Shown: positions 29,828-42,430 of the stretch, piece by piece
Layout: each line of letters begins with the position of its first letter
Numbering within the stretch: the stretch's first letter is position 1
Assembly (NCBI GenBank): GCA_028699085.1
Contig: JAQVVF010000004.1
Location: forward strand, 2,143-66,142
Reading direction: 5' to 3'
Origin: Patescibacteria group bacterium
Lineage (GTDB): Bacteria > Patescibacteriota > JABMPQ01 > JAQVVF01
DNA length: 64,000 nt
Notes under the pieces: generated by a model
What the model was told of the DNA's origin: nothing
Seen by the model: only the letters and a program-made list of their open reading frames with translations
Databases searched by the model: none
Position numbers and translations under genes: made by a program

Positions 29828-30844
29828 ATGCCATATTTTGAAACCATCATTATTGGCGCTGGACCAGCTGGGTTATTCGCAGCCAAAACGCTAGCTAAAC
29901 AAAAAAAACAAGTATTGGTCTTAGAAAAAAACTCTGAATTTGGAAAAAAGATCTGTGCAGGCGGTTTGACCCAGAAAGACATTGATTATTTTAAAATCCC
30001 AATTTCAATTTGTGATCAAAGTTTTAATTCTGCTAAACTAGTCATATTTAAAAAAATTGCTTATCTAAACCAAAACGAACCGTATTTATATACTATAGAA
30101 CGAGAAAAACTAGGAGGACATCTTTCAGAGCAAGCAAAACAAGCAGGCGCAATAATAAATACAAATTCAAATGTTATCTCAATAAAAAATAATTCAGTAA
30201 ATACAGATAAAGAACACTATACATTTAAGTATCTAATAGGTGCGGATGGCGCAAATTCTATAGTTCGAAAATTTTTAAGAATACCAACAAATAAAACTCT
30301 AACAACAATGCAAGTCCGAACAAATAAATTGTTCAAAGACTTCGAAATCCAAATTAACACGAAATTATTTGGTCCACATTATGCTTGGATCTTTCCGCAC
30401 AAAAATCACACTCGTTTTGGCACTGCTACTGATCAACAATATTTTTCAATTTCCAAATTAAGAAACAATTTTTTTCTCTGGCTAAAAAAATACAACGTCA
30501 CAGAAAAAGATATTGAGTCATTCCCAATTAATTACGATTTTAAGGGTATGCAATTTAATAACTTTTTCCTAGTTGGCGAAGCCGGTGGTTTTACTAACGG
30601 TTTAACTGGTGAAGGGATTTATAATGCTCTTCTATCAGGTCAAGAAGCTGCAAAAAAGATTATTGACCCAAATTATAACTATAGTATAAGATTTAAAAGA
30701 ATTTTAGAGCAAAAAAAGTTCTGTGAAAAATTTATGAATTTTTACAAAATCAGACCCTTAATTTATTTATTATATAAGTTACTTCCTTTTTATTGCAAAA
30801 ACAAAAATAGAAAATCAAAAATAATCAATTACTTTGCAAACTAA
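29828..30844 (+). CDS. Geranylgeranyl reductase-family FAD oxidoreductase
   Basis: GAGPAG, KICAGG, GADGANS, YAWIFP, VGEAGG..N.LTGEGI. Confidence 0.85.
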   Translation: MPYFETIIIGAGPAGLFAAKTLAKQKKQVLVLEKNSEFGKKICAGGLTQKDIDYFKIPISICDQSFNSAKLVIFKKIAYLNQNEPYLYTIEREKLGGHLSEQAKQAGAIINTNSNVISIKNNSVNTDKEHYTFKYLIGADGANSIVRKFLRIPTNKTLTTMQVRTNKLFKDFEIQINTKLFGPHYAWIFPHKNHTRFGTATDQQYFSISKLRNNFFLWLKKYNVTEKDIESFPINYDFKGMQFNNFFLVGEAGGFTNGLTGEGIYNALLSGQEAAKKIIDPNYNYSIRFKRILEQKKFCEKFMNFYKIRPLIYLLYKLLPFYCKNKNRKSKIINYFAN

Positions 30845-32805
30845 TGCTACAAAACAGGTTATTTAATATTATTCCATCTATTAAATTACCGCCTGATAAA
30901 AATCAGGTTTTTTCTTATTTATCAAAAGAAAAATTATCTTTAGGTCAAGTTGTTGAGATTCCTTTCCGAGGTAAGAAAATAAAAGGTATTATTTATTCAC
31001 TGAACAATAAAAGTATTCAGGAGCTTGATTTCAAACCAAAAGAGATCATAAAGCAAGTAGAAAACATTTGTTTAACTACTAAACAAATAGAATTAGCAAA
31101 ATGGATTTCAGAATACTATCACACTTCTATTGCATCTGTAATAAAACTAATGCTTCCTCAATTGGTCAATCAAAGAACAAAAGATAAGAATACAAAACTA
31201 GCTACAATTCCTTATCCTAAATTAACAGAACAGCAACAAAAAATTTATGAAAAAATAAATTCAACAAAAAATTTCAGAGTCTTTTTAATTCATGGAGTAA
31301 CAGGCTCTGGCAAAACAGAAATTTATTTAAAATTAATTGAACAACAAATAAAATTAGATAAACAATCAATAGTTTTAGTTCCTGAAATTTCTTTAACACC
31401 TCAAACCATAAATCGATTTTCAGAACATTTTAATCAAGATCAAATTGCCATTTTACATTCAAAATTGTCTGCAGGAGAAAAATTTACACAATGGAAAAAA
31501 ATAAAATCAAACCAAGCAAAGATAATAATCGGACCAAGATCAGCAATCTTTGCACCAATACAAAATCTTGGAATTATCATTATTGACGAAGAACATGATT
31601 CATCTTACAAACAATATGATCAGAATCCTCGCTATCATGCAAGACATGCTGCCATAAAATTAGCAAGTTTATATAACGCAAATGTTGTCCTTGGATCAGC
31701 AACACCAAGCATTGAATCATATCACAACGCTTTCCAAAATATTTATTCACTTCTTAAATTGCCTGCTAGATTCACAGCGAATTCTGTAATGCCAAAAGTA
31801 AAAGTCGTTGATATGAGAGAAGAGTTCAAAAGAAAAAATTTCTCCATATTTTCAGAAAGCCTACAAAAAGAGCTAGAAACAATTATCAAGAATAATCGAC
31901 AAGCTTTGCTCTATATCAATCGTCGCGGTGTAGCAACTTTTGTCAATTGCCGAGATTGTGGCTATGTTGCTACATGCAAAAATTGTGATGTTCCACTTAC
32001 TTTTCATCTATACAAACAAAATTTAAGCTGTCATTACTGTGGCTACACTTTGCCAACTCCAATCTCCTGTCCTAAATGCAAAAGTCCAGCAATAAAATAT
32101 TTCGGAACCGGAACAGAAAAAGTCGAACAAGAGTTGCAAAAAATGTACAAATATGTTAAAATATTCAGGATGGATTCAGACACTACTCGTATCAAACATT
32201 CGCATACTCAAATCTATAATGATTTCAGGCTAAAGAAAGCCAATATCCTTATTGGTACTCAAATGATTACCAAGGGTTGGGATCTCGAAGGAGTTGATCT
32301 AGTTGGCGTAATCTCCTCTGATGTTGGGTTGAACCTTCCAGACTACAAAGCTCAAGAAAAAACTTTTCAACTTCTCACTCAGATAGCCGGAAGAACCGGC
32401 AGAGGAATCAATCCAGGCAAGGTAATTTTTCAAACATACAATCCAGAAAGCTTTGTTATCAAAACAGCAGCTAAACATGATTTTGTAAGTTTTTATAAAA
32501 AAGAGATAAAAAATCGCAAAGAACTTGATTATCCACCTTTTGTAAAATTAATTAAATTAATTTACAAGAATGCAGACCCAGACTTAGCTCAACATGAAGC
32601 ACAAAAATTATTTCAGAAACTTACAGCTTATGATTCGCAAGACATAACTTTACTAGGACCTGCACCATCATTTTTCCAAAAAATACAAGGCCGATATATC
32701 TGGCAAATAATCATCAAGTTTAAAAATCAAAAATTTAAAGATAATATTTTAAAACAAGTTTCAAATGATTGGATCATCGATGTTGATCCAGAAAGTTTAC
32801 TATAA
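30844..32805 (+). CDS. priA: Primosomal protein N'
   Basis: GVTGSGKTE, DEEHD, four CxxC, GTGTE, GRTGR. Confidence 0.96.
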   Translation: MLQNRLFNIIPSIKLPPDKNQVFSYLSKEKLSLGQVVEIPFRGKKIKGIIYSLNNKSIQELDFKPKEIIKQVENICLTTKQIELAKWISEYYHTSIASVIKLMLPQLVNQRTKDKNTKLATIPYPKLTEQQQKIYEKINSTKNFRVFLIHGVTGSGKTEIYLKLIEQQIKLDKQSIVLVPEISLTPQTINRFSEHFNQDQIAILHSKLSAGEKFTQWKKIKSNQAKIIIGPRSAIFAPIQNLGIIIIDEEHDSSYKQYDQNPRYHARHAAIKLASLYNANVVLGSATPSIESYHNAFQNIYSLLKLPARFTANSVMPKVKVVDMREEFKRKNFSIFSESLQKELETIIKNNRQALLYINRRGVATFVNCRDCGYVATCKNCDVPLTFHLYKQNLSCHYCGYTLPTPISCPKCKSPAIKYFGTGTEKVEQELQKMYKYVKIFRMDSDTTRIKHSHTQIYNDFRLKKANILIGTQMITKGWDLEGVDLVGVISSDVGLNLPDYKAQEKTFQLLTQIAGRTGRGINPGKVIFQTYNPESFVIKTAAKHDFVSFYKKEIKNRKELDYPPFVKLIKLIYKNADPDLAQHEAQKLFQKLTAYDSQDITLLGPAPSFFQKIQGRYIWQIIIKFKNQKFKDNILKQVSNDWIIDVDPESLL

Positions 32806-32809
32806 AATA

Positions 32810-33241
32810 ATGAAAATAATCACTTATCCAAACGAAATACTTAGAAAAAAAGCTCAAGAAATTGACAATTTTTCGGATATCCAAAAAATTATTCCTGAAT
32901 TCAAAAAAACAATGCTTGAACACGATGGCATAGGTTTAGCTGCTCCGCAAATTGGAAAATCTATCAAAATGATTGCAATTCAAACTAAAGAAGGACCAAA
33001 AATTTTTATTAATCCAAAAATAATTTCAAAATCATTCAAAAAAGAAATCGCTGAAGAAGGATGTCTATCTTTACCAAAAATATTTGGCAAAGTTAAAAGA
33101 GCATACAAAGTTGCTGTAAAATTCCAAAATGAAAAAGGAATCCATTATAAAATTACAGTTAAAGGACTTTATGCTCGCGTTCTCCAACACGAAATAGATC
33201 ATTTAGATGGAATCCTATTTATTGATAAAATTATAAAATAA
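32810..33241 (+). CDS. def: Peptide deformylase
   Basis: GIGLAAPQ, EGCLS, QHEIDHLDG. Confidence 0.96.
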   Translation: MKIITYPNEILRKKAQEIDNFSDIQKIIPEFKKTMLEHDGIGLAAPQIGKSIKMIAIQTKEGPKIFINPKIISKSFKKEIAEEGCLSLPKIFGKVKRAYKVAVKFQNEKGIHYKITVKGLYARVLQHEIDHLDGILFIDKIIK

Positions 33242-34180
33242 ATGTTAAAAGATATAAAAACAATTTTTTTTGGAACTCCTGATTTCGCGGTCCCAACATT
33301 GAACATGTTGTTAAAAGAAACAAACATAATTGCTGTTATTACTCAGCCCGATAAAAAAGTTGGCCGTAAACAAATTATTCTGCCTTCCCCAATAAAAAAA
33401 GTTACAGTTAAAAATAACATCAAAATTCTTCAGCCTCAAAAAATAAAAGACAACAAAGATTTCATTAATCAGATCAAGGATCTTAATCCTGATATTATTA
33501 TTGTTGCTGCTTATGGAAAAATAATTCCGAAAGAAATTCTAGATCTGCCAAAATATGGCTGTATAAATATTCATGCCTCATTATTGCCTAAATATCGAGG
33601 TGCTTCTCCAATTCAGACAGCAATATTTAATGGCGAAAAAGAAACCGGTATTACAATTATGGTTATGAACGAAAAAATGGACGAAGGAGACATAATTGCG
33701 CAAATATCTGAAAAAATATATAATTATGATACCTCAGAAAGCTTGCACAATCGTCTATCAAAAATTGGAGCAAAATTCCTTCTAAAAATTTTACCAGATT
33801 ACATTAACAAAAAAATTACACCAAGACCTCAAGATAATAAACTAGCTACCTATACAAAAATTATCCAAAAAGAAGATGGCAAAATCAATTGGCAACAGGA
33901 TGCCAACAAAATCCTACGTCAAATAAATGCTTTTACTCCTTGGCCATCAGCATACACTTTCATAGGTCAAAAACGTTTTAAAATAATACAAGCAGAAGCT
34001 ATAAATCAGAATCCAAAAAGACAAGAAGGGACAACATTTATTTACGAAAATAAAATTGCCATCGCCTGCCAAAACAGCATTTTACTAATCAAAAAATGGC
34101 AACCAGAAGGAAAAAAAGAAATTTTAACAACAGATTATCTGTTTGGAAATAAAAATATTATAAATAAAATAGCAATCTAA
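33242..34180 (+). CDS. fmt: Methionyl-tRNA formyltransferase
   Basis: FFGTPDFA, TQPDK..GR, NIHASLLPKYRGASPI. Confidence 0.96.
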   Translation: MLKDIKTIFFGTPDFAVPTLNMLLKETNIIAVITQPDKKVGRKQIILPSPIKKVTVKNNIKILQPQKIKDNKDFINQIKDLNPDIIIVAAYGKIIPKEILDLPKYGCINIHASLLPKYRGASPIQTAIFNGEKETGITIMVMNEKMDEGDIIAQISEKIYNYDTSESLHNRLSKIGAKFLLKILPDYINKKITPRPQDNKLATYTKIIQKEDGKINWQQDANKILRQINAFTPWPSAYTFIGQKRFKIIQAEAINQNPKRQEGTTFIYENKIAIACQNSILLIKKWQPEGKKEILTTDYLFGNKNIINKIAI

Positions 34181-34990
34181 ATGTCTGAAACAAGACAAAA
34201 TGATAAAAAAGAGACAATAATGCTTATTTTTGCCGTTATAATTGTTGTTGGCGGCATGATCGCTTTTTTTGTTAAACCACAATGGAAAATTGATGTTAAA
34301 CCTATTAAAACCAATCAATCTTCCAATCTTAATGAAACAGGATCAACAATCCCTACGATTACTTCTTCTGAATTAAAAGATAAAATTGACAATCAAGAAA
34401 ATATTTATATTTTAGATGTTCAAAGCGAAGAAAACTATTTAACAAAACATATTCCAGGAGCAATCAACATTCCATATGAGCAATTAGAAGCAAGAATAAA
34501 AGAAGTTCCTAATAATAAAGAAATCATTATCTCCTGTACAAATAATAATACCTGTCAAACCTCAACAAAAGCTGCAGAATTATTATCTTCAAAAGGATTA
34601 AAAAATATAAAAGATTTTAAAGACGGAGTCAATGGATGGGAAGATCAAGATTATCCTATAATCTCTGGATTCGAAGCAATTTATAAAAGCATAAATGCAG
34701 ATCAACTCAAACAAAAAATTGATAACCAAGAAGACATTACCGTTCTAGACATTCGAGAAAAAGAAGATTATGACAAATCACATATAAAAAACGCAATTCA
34801 TATACCTTTTGAAGAAGTAGCAAATAGAATAAAAGAACTTCCAAGAAATAAAGAACTAATTATCTACGACGAAACTGGAAACCGAAGCAAATTAATAGTT
34901 GAAAGTCTAACAAAAAAAGGCTTTACGCAAGCGATTAACTTAATCAATGGCTACCCAGAATGGCAAAACAAAAACTATCCAATTGAATAA
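34181..34990 (+). CDS. Membrane-anchored tandem rhodanese-domain protein
   Basis: N-terminal TM; two LD(V/I)....Y...HI..AI.IP...G...W repeats. Confidence 0.85.
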   Translation: MSETRQNDKKETIMLIFAVIIVVGGMIAFFVKPQWKIDVKPIKTNQSSNLNETGSTIPTITSSELKDKIDNQENIYILDVQSEENYLTKHIPGAINIPYEQLEARIKEVPNNKEIIISCTNNNTCQTSTKAAELLSSKGLKNIKDFKDGVNGWEDQDYPIISGFEAIYKSINADQLKQKIDNQEDITVLDIREKEDYDKSHIKNAIHIPFEEVANRIKELPRNKELIIYDETGNRSKLIVESLTKKGFTQAINLINGYPEWQNKNYPIE

Positions 34991-35009
34991 AAATAAATAA
35001 TATCTAAAC

Positions 35010-35038
35010 AAAAAAAACCTCAATCACGAGGTTTTTTT
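35010..35038. terminator. Bidirectional intrinsic terminator
   Basis: AAAAAAACCTC-aatcac-GAGGTTTTTTT. Confidence 0.8.
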
Positions 35039-35065
35039 AATTTTAAATTTTTAATTTTGAATTTT

Positions 35066-37257
<2,192 letters not shown>

Positions 37258-37316
37258 AAATATAATTTTACTAATACAAAATAACTTTTTCTCGAGACAT
37301 CACAATCTTTAAATAG

Positions 37317-38072
37317 CTATCTTGTGCACTTTTTAATTATTTTTTTAGCTTTATCACCAACTGTTATCTTTAACTTATTATTGCCAATATATTGCAATAA
37401 ACACAACTTTTGTCTTTCTTCCAATTCATATCTTTTTAAACCTCTTTTATTAAGAATATCCTTTATTTCAATAGGCAAGGCAAAATTTAATTGATTAACA
37501 GAATAAAAAGTTCGCCTTGATATTTCTTTTATAATCAAATCCATAGAATGATCAACTATAATTTTTATCTCTGCCACAAGACTTTCAAAATAACCTGGTT
37601 TTTGTCTAGATTTAAGAAGATTTTCTTTAGAATCTGACATTTTTTCTCTGAACTCAAGAATCAATATATTCGGCACTGTTAATAAATCAGCCCATTCAGC
37701 TTCTATCTTATACAATTGATGCAATAACTTAACTATTTCTTGATTACCTTTCTTATTTAATTTTAATTTATGAACCTTAGACGTCATCTTTTTTATCTCT
37801 TTTGCTTTCTTTTCAATCTGTCTTAATAATTCAATACTGTATTTAGGCTTTTTTTCAATTAGACTATTTAATACAGATAGCGTTCTTTCAAAATTTTCTT
37901 TTTTCCAATAAAATATTCCATTCCCTTCTTTAATAACTGCATAAGCATTTTTAAAAAAAAATTTTATTCTTCTATTTCTGTTTTTACCAATCGAAAAACC
38001 TAATACAATAGGACAAAACTGTAATAAGTTAGTTTTTTCAAATTTTCTATAAATTTTATATATCTTTTTCAT
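37317..38072 (-). CDS. Hypothetical protein resembling the helical N-terminal part of CPR PEP-utilising-enzyme proteins
   Basis: C-terminal 'EISRR...LNF.LP.EI..IL...ELEERQK...ITVG..A' pattern; no His-mobile domain. Confidence 0.45.
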   Translation of the reverse strand: MKKIYKIYRKFEKTNLLQFCPIVLGFSIGKNRNRRIKFFFKNAYAVIKEGNGIFYWKKENFERTLSVLNSLIEKKPKYSIELLRQIEKKAKEIKKMTSKVHKLKLNKKGNQEIVKLLHQLYKIEAEWADLLTVPNILILEFREKMSDSKENLLKSRQKPGYFESLVAEIKIIVDHSMDLIIKEISRRTFYSVNQLNFALPIEIKDILNKRGLKRYELEERQKLCLLQYIGNNKLKITVGDKAKKIIKKCTR

Positions 38073-38192
38073 TTTCTTGCACCTAATAATTAATCTCTTT
38101 CCAAAAAAATGCTTTAAGAAAGTCGTATCTTATGTTAAACTCATTATATAATATCTACGTTTCTAGTAAATACCTTTTTAAAGCCAAAAAAT

Positions 38193-38918
38193 ATGGTTAG
38201 CATTGTTTTACCGACCTATAATGAAGTCGATAATTTCAAAAAAATAGTTCGCGAAATATTAACTGTTTTTCGAGATAATAATATTAATGGCAATATTATT
38301 ATTGTTGATGACAACTCTCCTGATCAAACAGGAGTAATGGCCCAAAGACTAAGTGAAAATATGCCCAAAACGCTCTATGTAATCAACAGAGAAGCAAAAA
38401 TGGGATTAGGATCCGCATATATCGCTGGATTTAAAAAAGCACTCTTCTTGGGCGCTGATTATATTTTTGAAATGGATGCTGACTTTTCTCACAATCCGCA
38501 TAGCATCCCCAGTTTTTTAAAGGCAATGAAAGATTCAGATCTAGTTATTGGCTCTCGTTATATTAATGGCGGCTCAACTAAAAATTGGGAACTTTATCGA
38601 AAATTAATTAGTCGATTTGGAACATTATATGCTAAAACAATCCTAAAACTTGAAATTAATGATCTTACTTCCGGATTTCGTTGCTATAAACGCCAAGTTT
38701 TAGAAAAAATCAACCTTGATCAAATTCAGTCTGATGGTTATTCTTTCCAAATTGAAATGGCTTTTAAAACAAAATTAGCAGGCTTTAAAATAAAAGAAAT
38801 ACCAATTGTCTTTGCTGATCGCAAAAATGGTATTTCAAAATTCTCTAAAAAGATATTTTGGGAAGCATTTACTGTTGTGTGGAAATTAAGATTTCAAAAT
38901 AAGGAAATAAAAAACTAA
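38193..38918 (+). CDS. Polyprenol monophosphomannose synthase (Dpm1/Ppm1-like GT2)
   Basis: LPTYNE, VDDNSPD.T, GLGSAY..GF, MDADFSH, GSRY..GG, DLTSGFR. Confidence 0.92.
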   Translation: MVSIVLPTYNEVDNFKKIVREILTVFRDNNINGNIIIVDDNSPDQTGVMAQRLSENMPKTLYVINREAKMGLGSAYIAGFKKALFLGADYIFEMDADFSHNPHSIPSFLKAMKDSDLVIGSRYINGGSTKNWELYRKLISRFGTLYAKTILKLEINDLTSGFRCYKRQVLEKINLDQIQSDGYSFQIEMAFKTKLAGFKIKEIPIVFADRKNGISKFSKKIFWEAFTVVWKLRFQNKEIKN

Positions 38919-39427
38919 TCTATCATTGCTAACAAATTGCCACATTTTTCGCATAACTTTGCTTCCTTAAGATCAGTATCAAGAATATTATTAGAAAAAT
39001 GCATTGGACATTTTTTATCTGGGCAATGGGATAATCCAAAATTATGGCCTAATTCGTGGATTGACTCTTTCAAAACCCTATTTGCAAATAATTTTTTATC
39101 CTTATCATGCAATCTAAATGTCGAAACAATGCTTTGTCTGCCTGGACAATCGCCTTGTCCAAAAATATAATTATATTCCAAAGCATATAGATCTTTATCA
39201 GTTACTATTAAAATTTTCTCCAAATCCTCAAATTCAATTTTCTGCATATCTAATAAAATTTTTTCTGCATCATATTGTTTCTTCTCTGGATTAAAAGCAA
39301 AATCAGGCACATCAACTGGCCCGATTTTTTTTATCCGAAAGTCAAAAATTTTCTGTAAGCCATTTTCAAAACCTATCCAATCAAAATTATCAACCTTGCC
39401 AGCTTCAAGAACATAAACACTATTCAT
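38915..39427 (-). CDS. Archaemetzincin (peptidase M54) zinc metalloprotease
   Basis: HELGHNFGLSHC....CPMHFSN...D.K...LC..C. Confidence 0.9.
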   Translation of the reverse strand: MNSVYVLEAGKVDNFDWIGFENGLQKIFDFRIKKIGPVDVPDFAFNPEKKQYDAEKILLDMQKIEFEDLEKILIVTDKDLYALEYNYIFGQGDCPGRQSIVSTFRLHDKDKKLFANRVLKESIHELGHNFGLSHCPDKKCPMHFSNNILDTDLKEAKLCEKCGNLLAMID

Positions 39428-39436
39428 AAAAATTAT

Positions 39437-42001
39437 TTATTGCTTCATATTATCAATATCCATCAAAGTAATTGTATACTCACTTCCTCTTTTAATCTCA
39501 CCAGTTAACATTTTCTTTGCCAAAATATTTTCAACATAATTTTGTATTGTACGCATGATTGGTCTTGCGCCCATCAAAGGATCAAAACCAAGCTCTGCCA
39601 ATCTCTCAATCCCAGGCTCATCAACTCTCAAAAAGATCCCTTTTTCTTGCTCTAATCTTTTGACTAATTTGCCTAACAACATCTTTGTAATTTGCAAAAC
39701 ATGCTCTTTTTCCAAAGGCTTAAAATATACAACAGAAGTAAATCTATTCAAAAATTCTGGCCTAAATATTCCTTCTGCTTGCAAATAATTAATTAGCCTT
39801 TCTTTTAATACAACTGGATCAAGATGTTGTTTTATTCCTTCTTGAATTAAATTAGCACCAGCATTAGAGGTTGCAATAATCATTGCATTATTAAATTTTA
39901 CTTTTCTGCCCAAAGAATCAGTTAGCCATCCTTCATCTAGCATTTGCAAAAACAAATTTAAAATATCTTTATGCGCTTTTTCAATTTCATCAAATAATAT
40001 AACTGTAAAAGGATTATCTTTTACTGCATTTGTTAATTCTCCGCCAGCTTTGGCTTCAGGAGTACCTGGAGGAGGTCCAATCAAACGGTAAACGCCAGAT
40101 AAATCTTGATATTCCGACATATCAAAACGAATCATTGATTTTTCTGAACCAAAATATGCTTCTGCCAATGCTTTTGTAGTTTCAGTTTTTCCAACACCAG
40201 TCGGACCTAAAAATAAAAAACTACCAACTGGCTTATTTCCTGCTTCAACACCAGACCTAGCCCTTCTTAATGCATTAGAAACAACTTTAATCGCCTCCTC
40301 TTGATCAACTACTCGCTTGTGCAAAAAATCCTCTAGATGCAATAACAATTGTTTTTCCGCACCTTCAGCCTCGCCAATCGGTGCCTTAACTTTTTTCTTC
40401 ATTAATGTCTCCACATGTCTCGGCAATACGATTGTTCCTCGACCAAATGCAGATGCAAATACGATTACTTCATTCAATAAATCAATTGCCTTTTCCGGAA
40501 AAGGCTTTGAATACAAAAATTGATCAGCTAATTTGTAAATCGATTTTAAAGCTGGATAACTCATAATTACTCCTCCTTGAGATTCTAACTTTGGAGCTAA
40601 GTCTTCTAGAATTCTTAGGGTTGTATTCTCATTTGGTTCAGCTATATCCAGAATCTCAAATTTGTCAGAAACTGCTGATCTTGTTTCTATGTATTGATGA
40701 AAGTCATCAGAATTTGCCGTTGAAACAAAATATAAATTTGGATTTTCCAAAAATGGCACTAAGACTTGAGAAGCATCAATTGATCCAACCTTTCCTTCTC
40801 CACTTCCAAATAACTTTTGGATATTATCAATAAACAAAACAATATTTCCTGCAACAACAGAATCAGACATTACGGCCTCTAGTCTTTCTATAATCTCGCC
40901 TGGAGTCTGCGCTCCTGCCAACAGCCTATCGACATCCAATTCAATCAGTCTTTTATTAGCCAAACTAGAATATGTAGTTCCTTCTAAAATTCTTTTTGCC
41001 AAACCCAAAACAACAGTTCTTTTACCAACGCCAGGAGCGCCAACTAAAATTATATTGTGATGAGTTGCTCGAACAAGGACATCCTCAATTTGATTAATAT
41101 CTTTTTCATGACCAATAATATGAAAAGAAAGCGCACCTCTCAATATTTCATCCGTTAAATCATGGCCAAACGCTCTTAAAGCTCTCGTGTAGCCATAAGC
41201 CCATTCTCTACCGATGCCACCTTTTCTTTTTATCTTGTCTGGATCAAAATTCTTCTCTTTTCTAAATTTATAAAAAGATGTTTCCCAATGGACAATATTA
41301 GCAATGTCTTCAATTTTCAAATTCAAATCAAACAAAATCTTTTTCATTAAAGGATCAAGAACAGACAATACAACGAAAACATCACCACAGCTAACTATTT
41401 CATGCCCCTCTAAATAACCCACTTCCAAAGCTTTTTCCAATATTTGTGATAAATCAACATATCCTTTTGATTTTCCTGATGCATATTTTTCAACATGTTT
41501 TTCTAAATCTATAACGCTTAAACCAGTACGATTGACAATAAATCTTATTGATTTTACTTTCAACAATTCCAATAGTAAATCAGAAGAATTAACCATGTTA
41601 TTCTTTTTGTCTTCACTCTTCTTCAAGGCATTAGAAATCGCAATCGCTAAATTTATTGACACAAAATCAGCCAGATTTATGTTTCCATTTTTCTTCGCAA
41701 TATCCAAAGCATCTTTTAAGGAAATTATTGGCTTTACATTTTTTACTCCAGATTCATAAAAAATATGGAATGACAGATAGAATAAAGAAATAGCTAGACT
41801 AATAATCGCCAATCCTAACATCCTACTATTAAAATTCAAATTATATAAACTTGAAAAATTATACAAAATGACAAATGCAAAAGAACATATTCCAAGTAAA
41901 TATACAAAAAAAGATAATATTTTAAATATAAAAACTCTTAAGAATTTTACTAATCTTGAATATCTAAAAATTTTAGATTTTCCTTCATCAAATACAATCA
42001 T
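39437..42001 (-). CDS. Membrane-anchored ClpA/B-family double AAA+ ATPase
   Basis: Two N-terminal TMs, Clp-N-like region, GAPGVGK / LFIDN, GPTGVGKT / LFDEIEK, FRPEFLNR, GARP. Confidence 0.88.
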   Translation of the reverse strand: MIVFDEGKSKIFRYSRLVKFLRVFIFKILSFFVYLLGICSFAFVILYNFSSLYNLNFNSRMLGLAIISLAISLFYLSFHIFYESGVKNVKPIISLKDALDIAKKNGNINLADFVSINLAIAISNALKKSEDKKNNMVNSSDLLLELLKVKSIRFIVNRTGLSVIDLEKHVEKYASGKSKGYVDLSQILEKALEVGYLEGHEIVSCGDVFVVLSVLDPLMKKILFDLNLKIEDIANIVHWETSFYKFRKEKNFDPDKIKRKGGIGREWAYGYTRALRAFGHDLTDEILRGALSFHIIGHEKDINQIEDVLVRATHHNIILVGAPGVGKRTVVLGLAKRILEGTTYSSLANKRLIELDVDRLLAGAQTPGEIIERLEAVMSDSVVAGNIVLFIDNIQKLFGSGEGKVGSIDASQVLVPFLENPNLYFVSTANSDDFHQYIETRSAVSDKFEILDIAEPNENTTLRILEDLAPKLESQGGVIMSYPALKSIYKLADQFLYSKPFPEKAIDLLNEVIVFASAFGRGTIVLPRHVETLMKKKVKAPIGEAEGAEKQLLLHLEDFLHKRVVDQEEAIKVVSNALRRARSGVEAGNKPVGSFLFLGPTGVGKTETTKALAEAYFGSEKSMIRFDMSEYQDLSGVYRLIGPPPGTPEAKAGGELTNAVKDNPFTVILFDEIEKAHKDILNLFLQMLDEGWLTDSLGRKVKFNNAMIIATSNAGANLIQEGIKQHLDPVVLKERLINYLQAEGIFRPEFLNRFTSVVYFKPLEKEHVLQITKMLLGKLVKRLEQEKGIFLRVDEPGIERLAELGFDPLMGARPIMRTIQNYVENILAKKMLTGEIKRGSEYTITLMDIDNMKQ

Positions 42002-42049
42002 TTTTATTTTTTAATTATAACTTTTAATTTTTTACTTTTTACTTTTACC

Positions 42050-42424
42050 TTATCTAAGATACATAATACCAAACACAATTCCTTCGACTAACAACATCGG
42101 TAATAATAACCAAATAACTATCACCGATACTTCAAAACAAAGTAAAACCGAAAAACAAATTAAAAAAATCAATAGAGTTATCGATTTAATAACAAAACCG
42201 AACATCCTTGCAATCATATTTCCTCCCCAAACACCAAATCTTTCCTGCAAACTCATTCCTTCAGTCGAAACTACATCTCTTTTCCACGGCGCAAACAAAG
42301 TCGTTAAACAAATCCTTACTGAAAAAGTATCAGTCAAAACCAAAATAAATGCTCTTAAATATTTAAGCATTCTAATTAAACCATAAGAATACCACCATTC
42401 AATATAATCCAAAAAAATTTGCAT
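42050..42424 (-). CDS. Small membrane protein (WWY...TLFAPWKRD type) upstream of the Clp ATPase
   Basis: WWYS.G, FS......TLFAPWKRD, hydrophobic C-terminus. Confidence 0.75.
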   Translation of the reverse strand: MQIFLDYIEWWYSYGLIRMLKYLRAFILVLTDTFSVRICLTTLFAPWKRDVVSTEGMSLQERFGVWGGNMIARMFGFVIKSITLLIFLICFSVLLCFEVSVIVIWLLLPMLLVEGIVFGIMYLR

Positions 42425-42430
42425 TTTGTT

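Noticed and set aside
37258-37316. SAH/SAM riboswitch upstream of the kinase-ahcY unit
   Set aside because: Only ~60 nt, with none of the conserved motifs visible
38110-38141. TTATGTTAAAC, resembling a XerD arm
   Set aside because: No matching left arm ending in TAA at 6-bp spacing; it lies in a divergent promoter region
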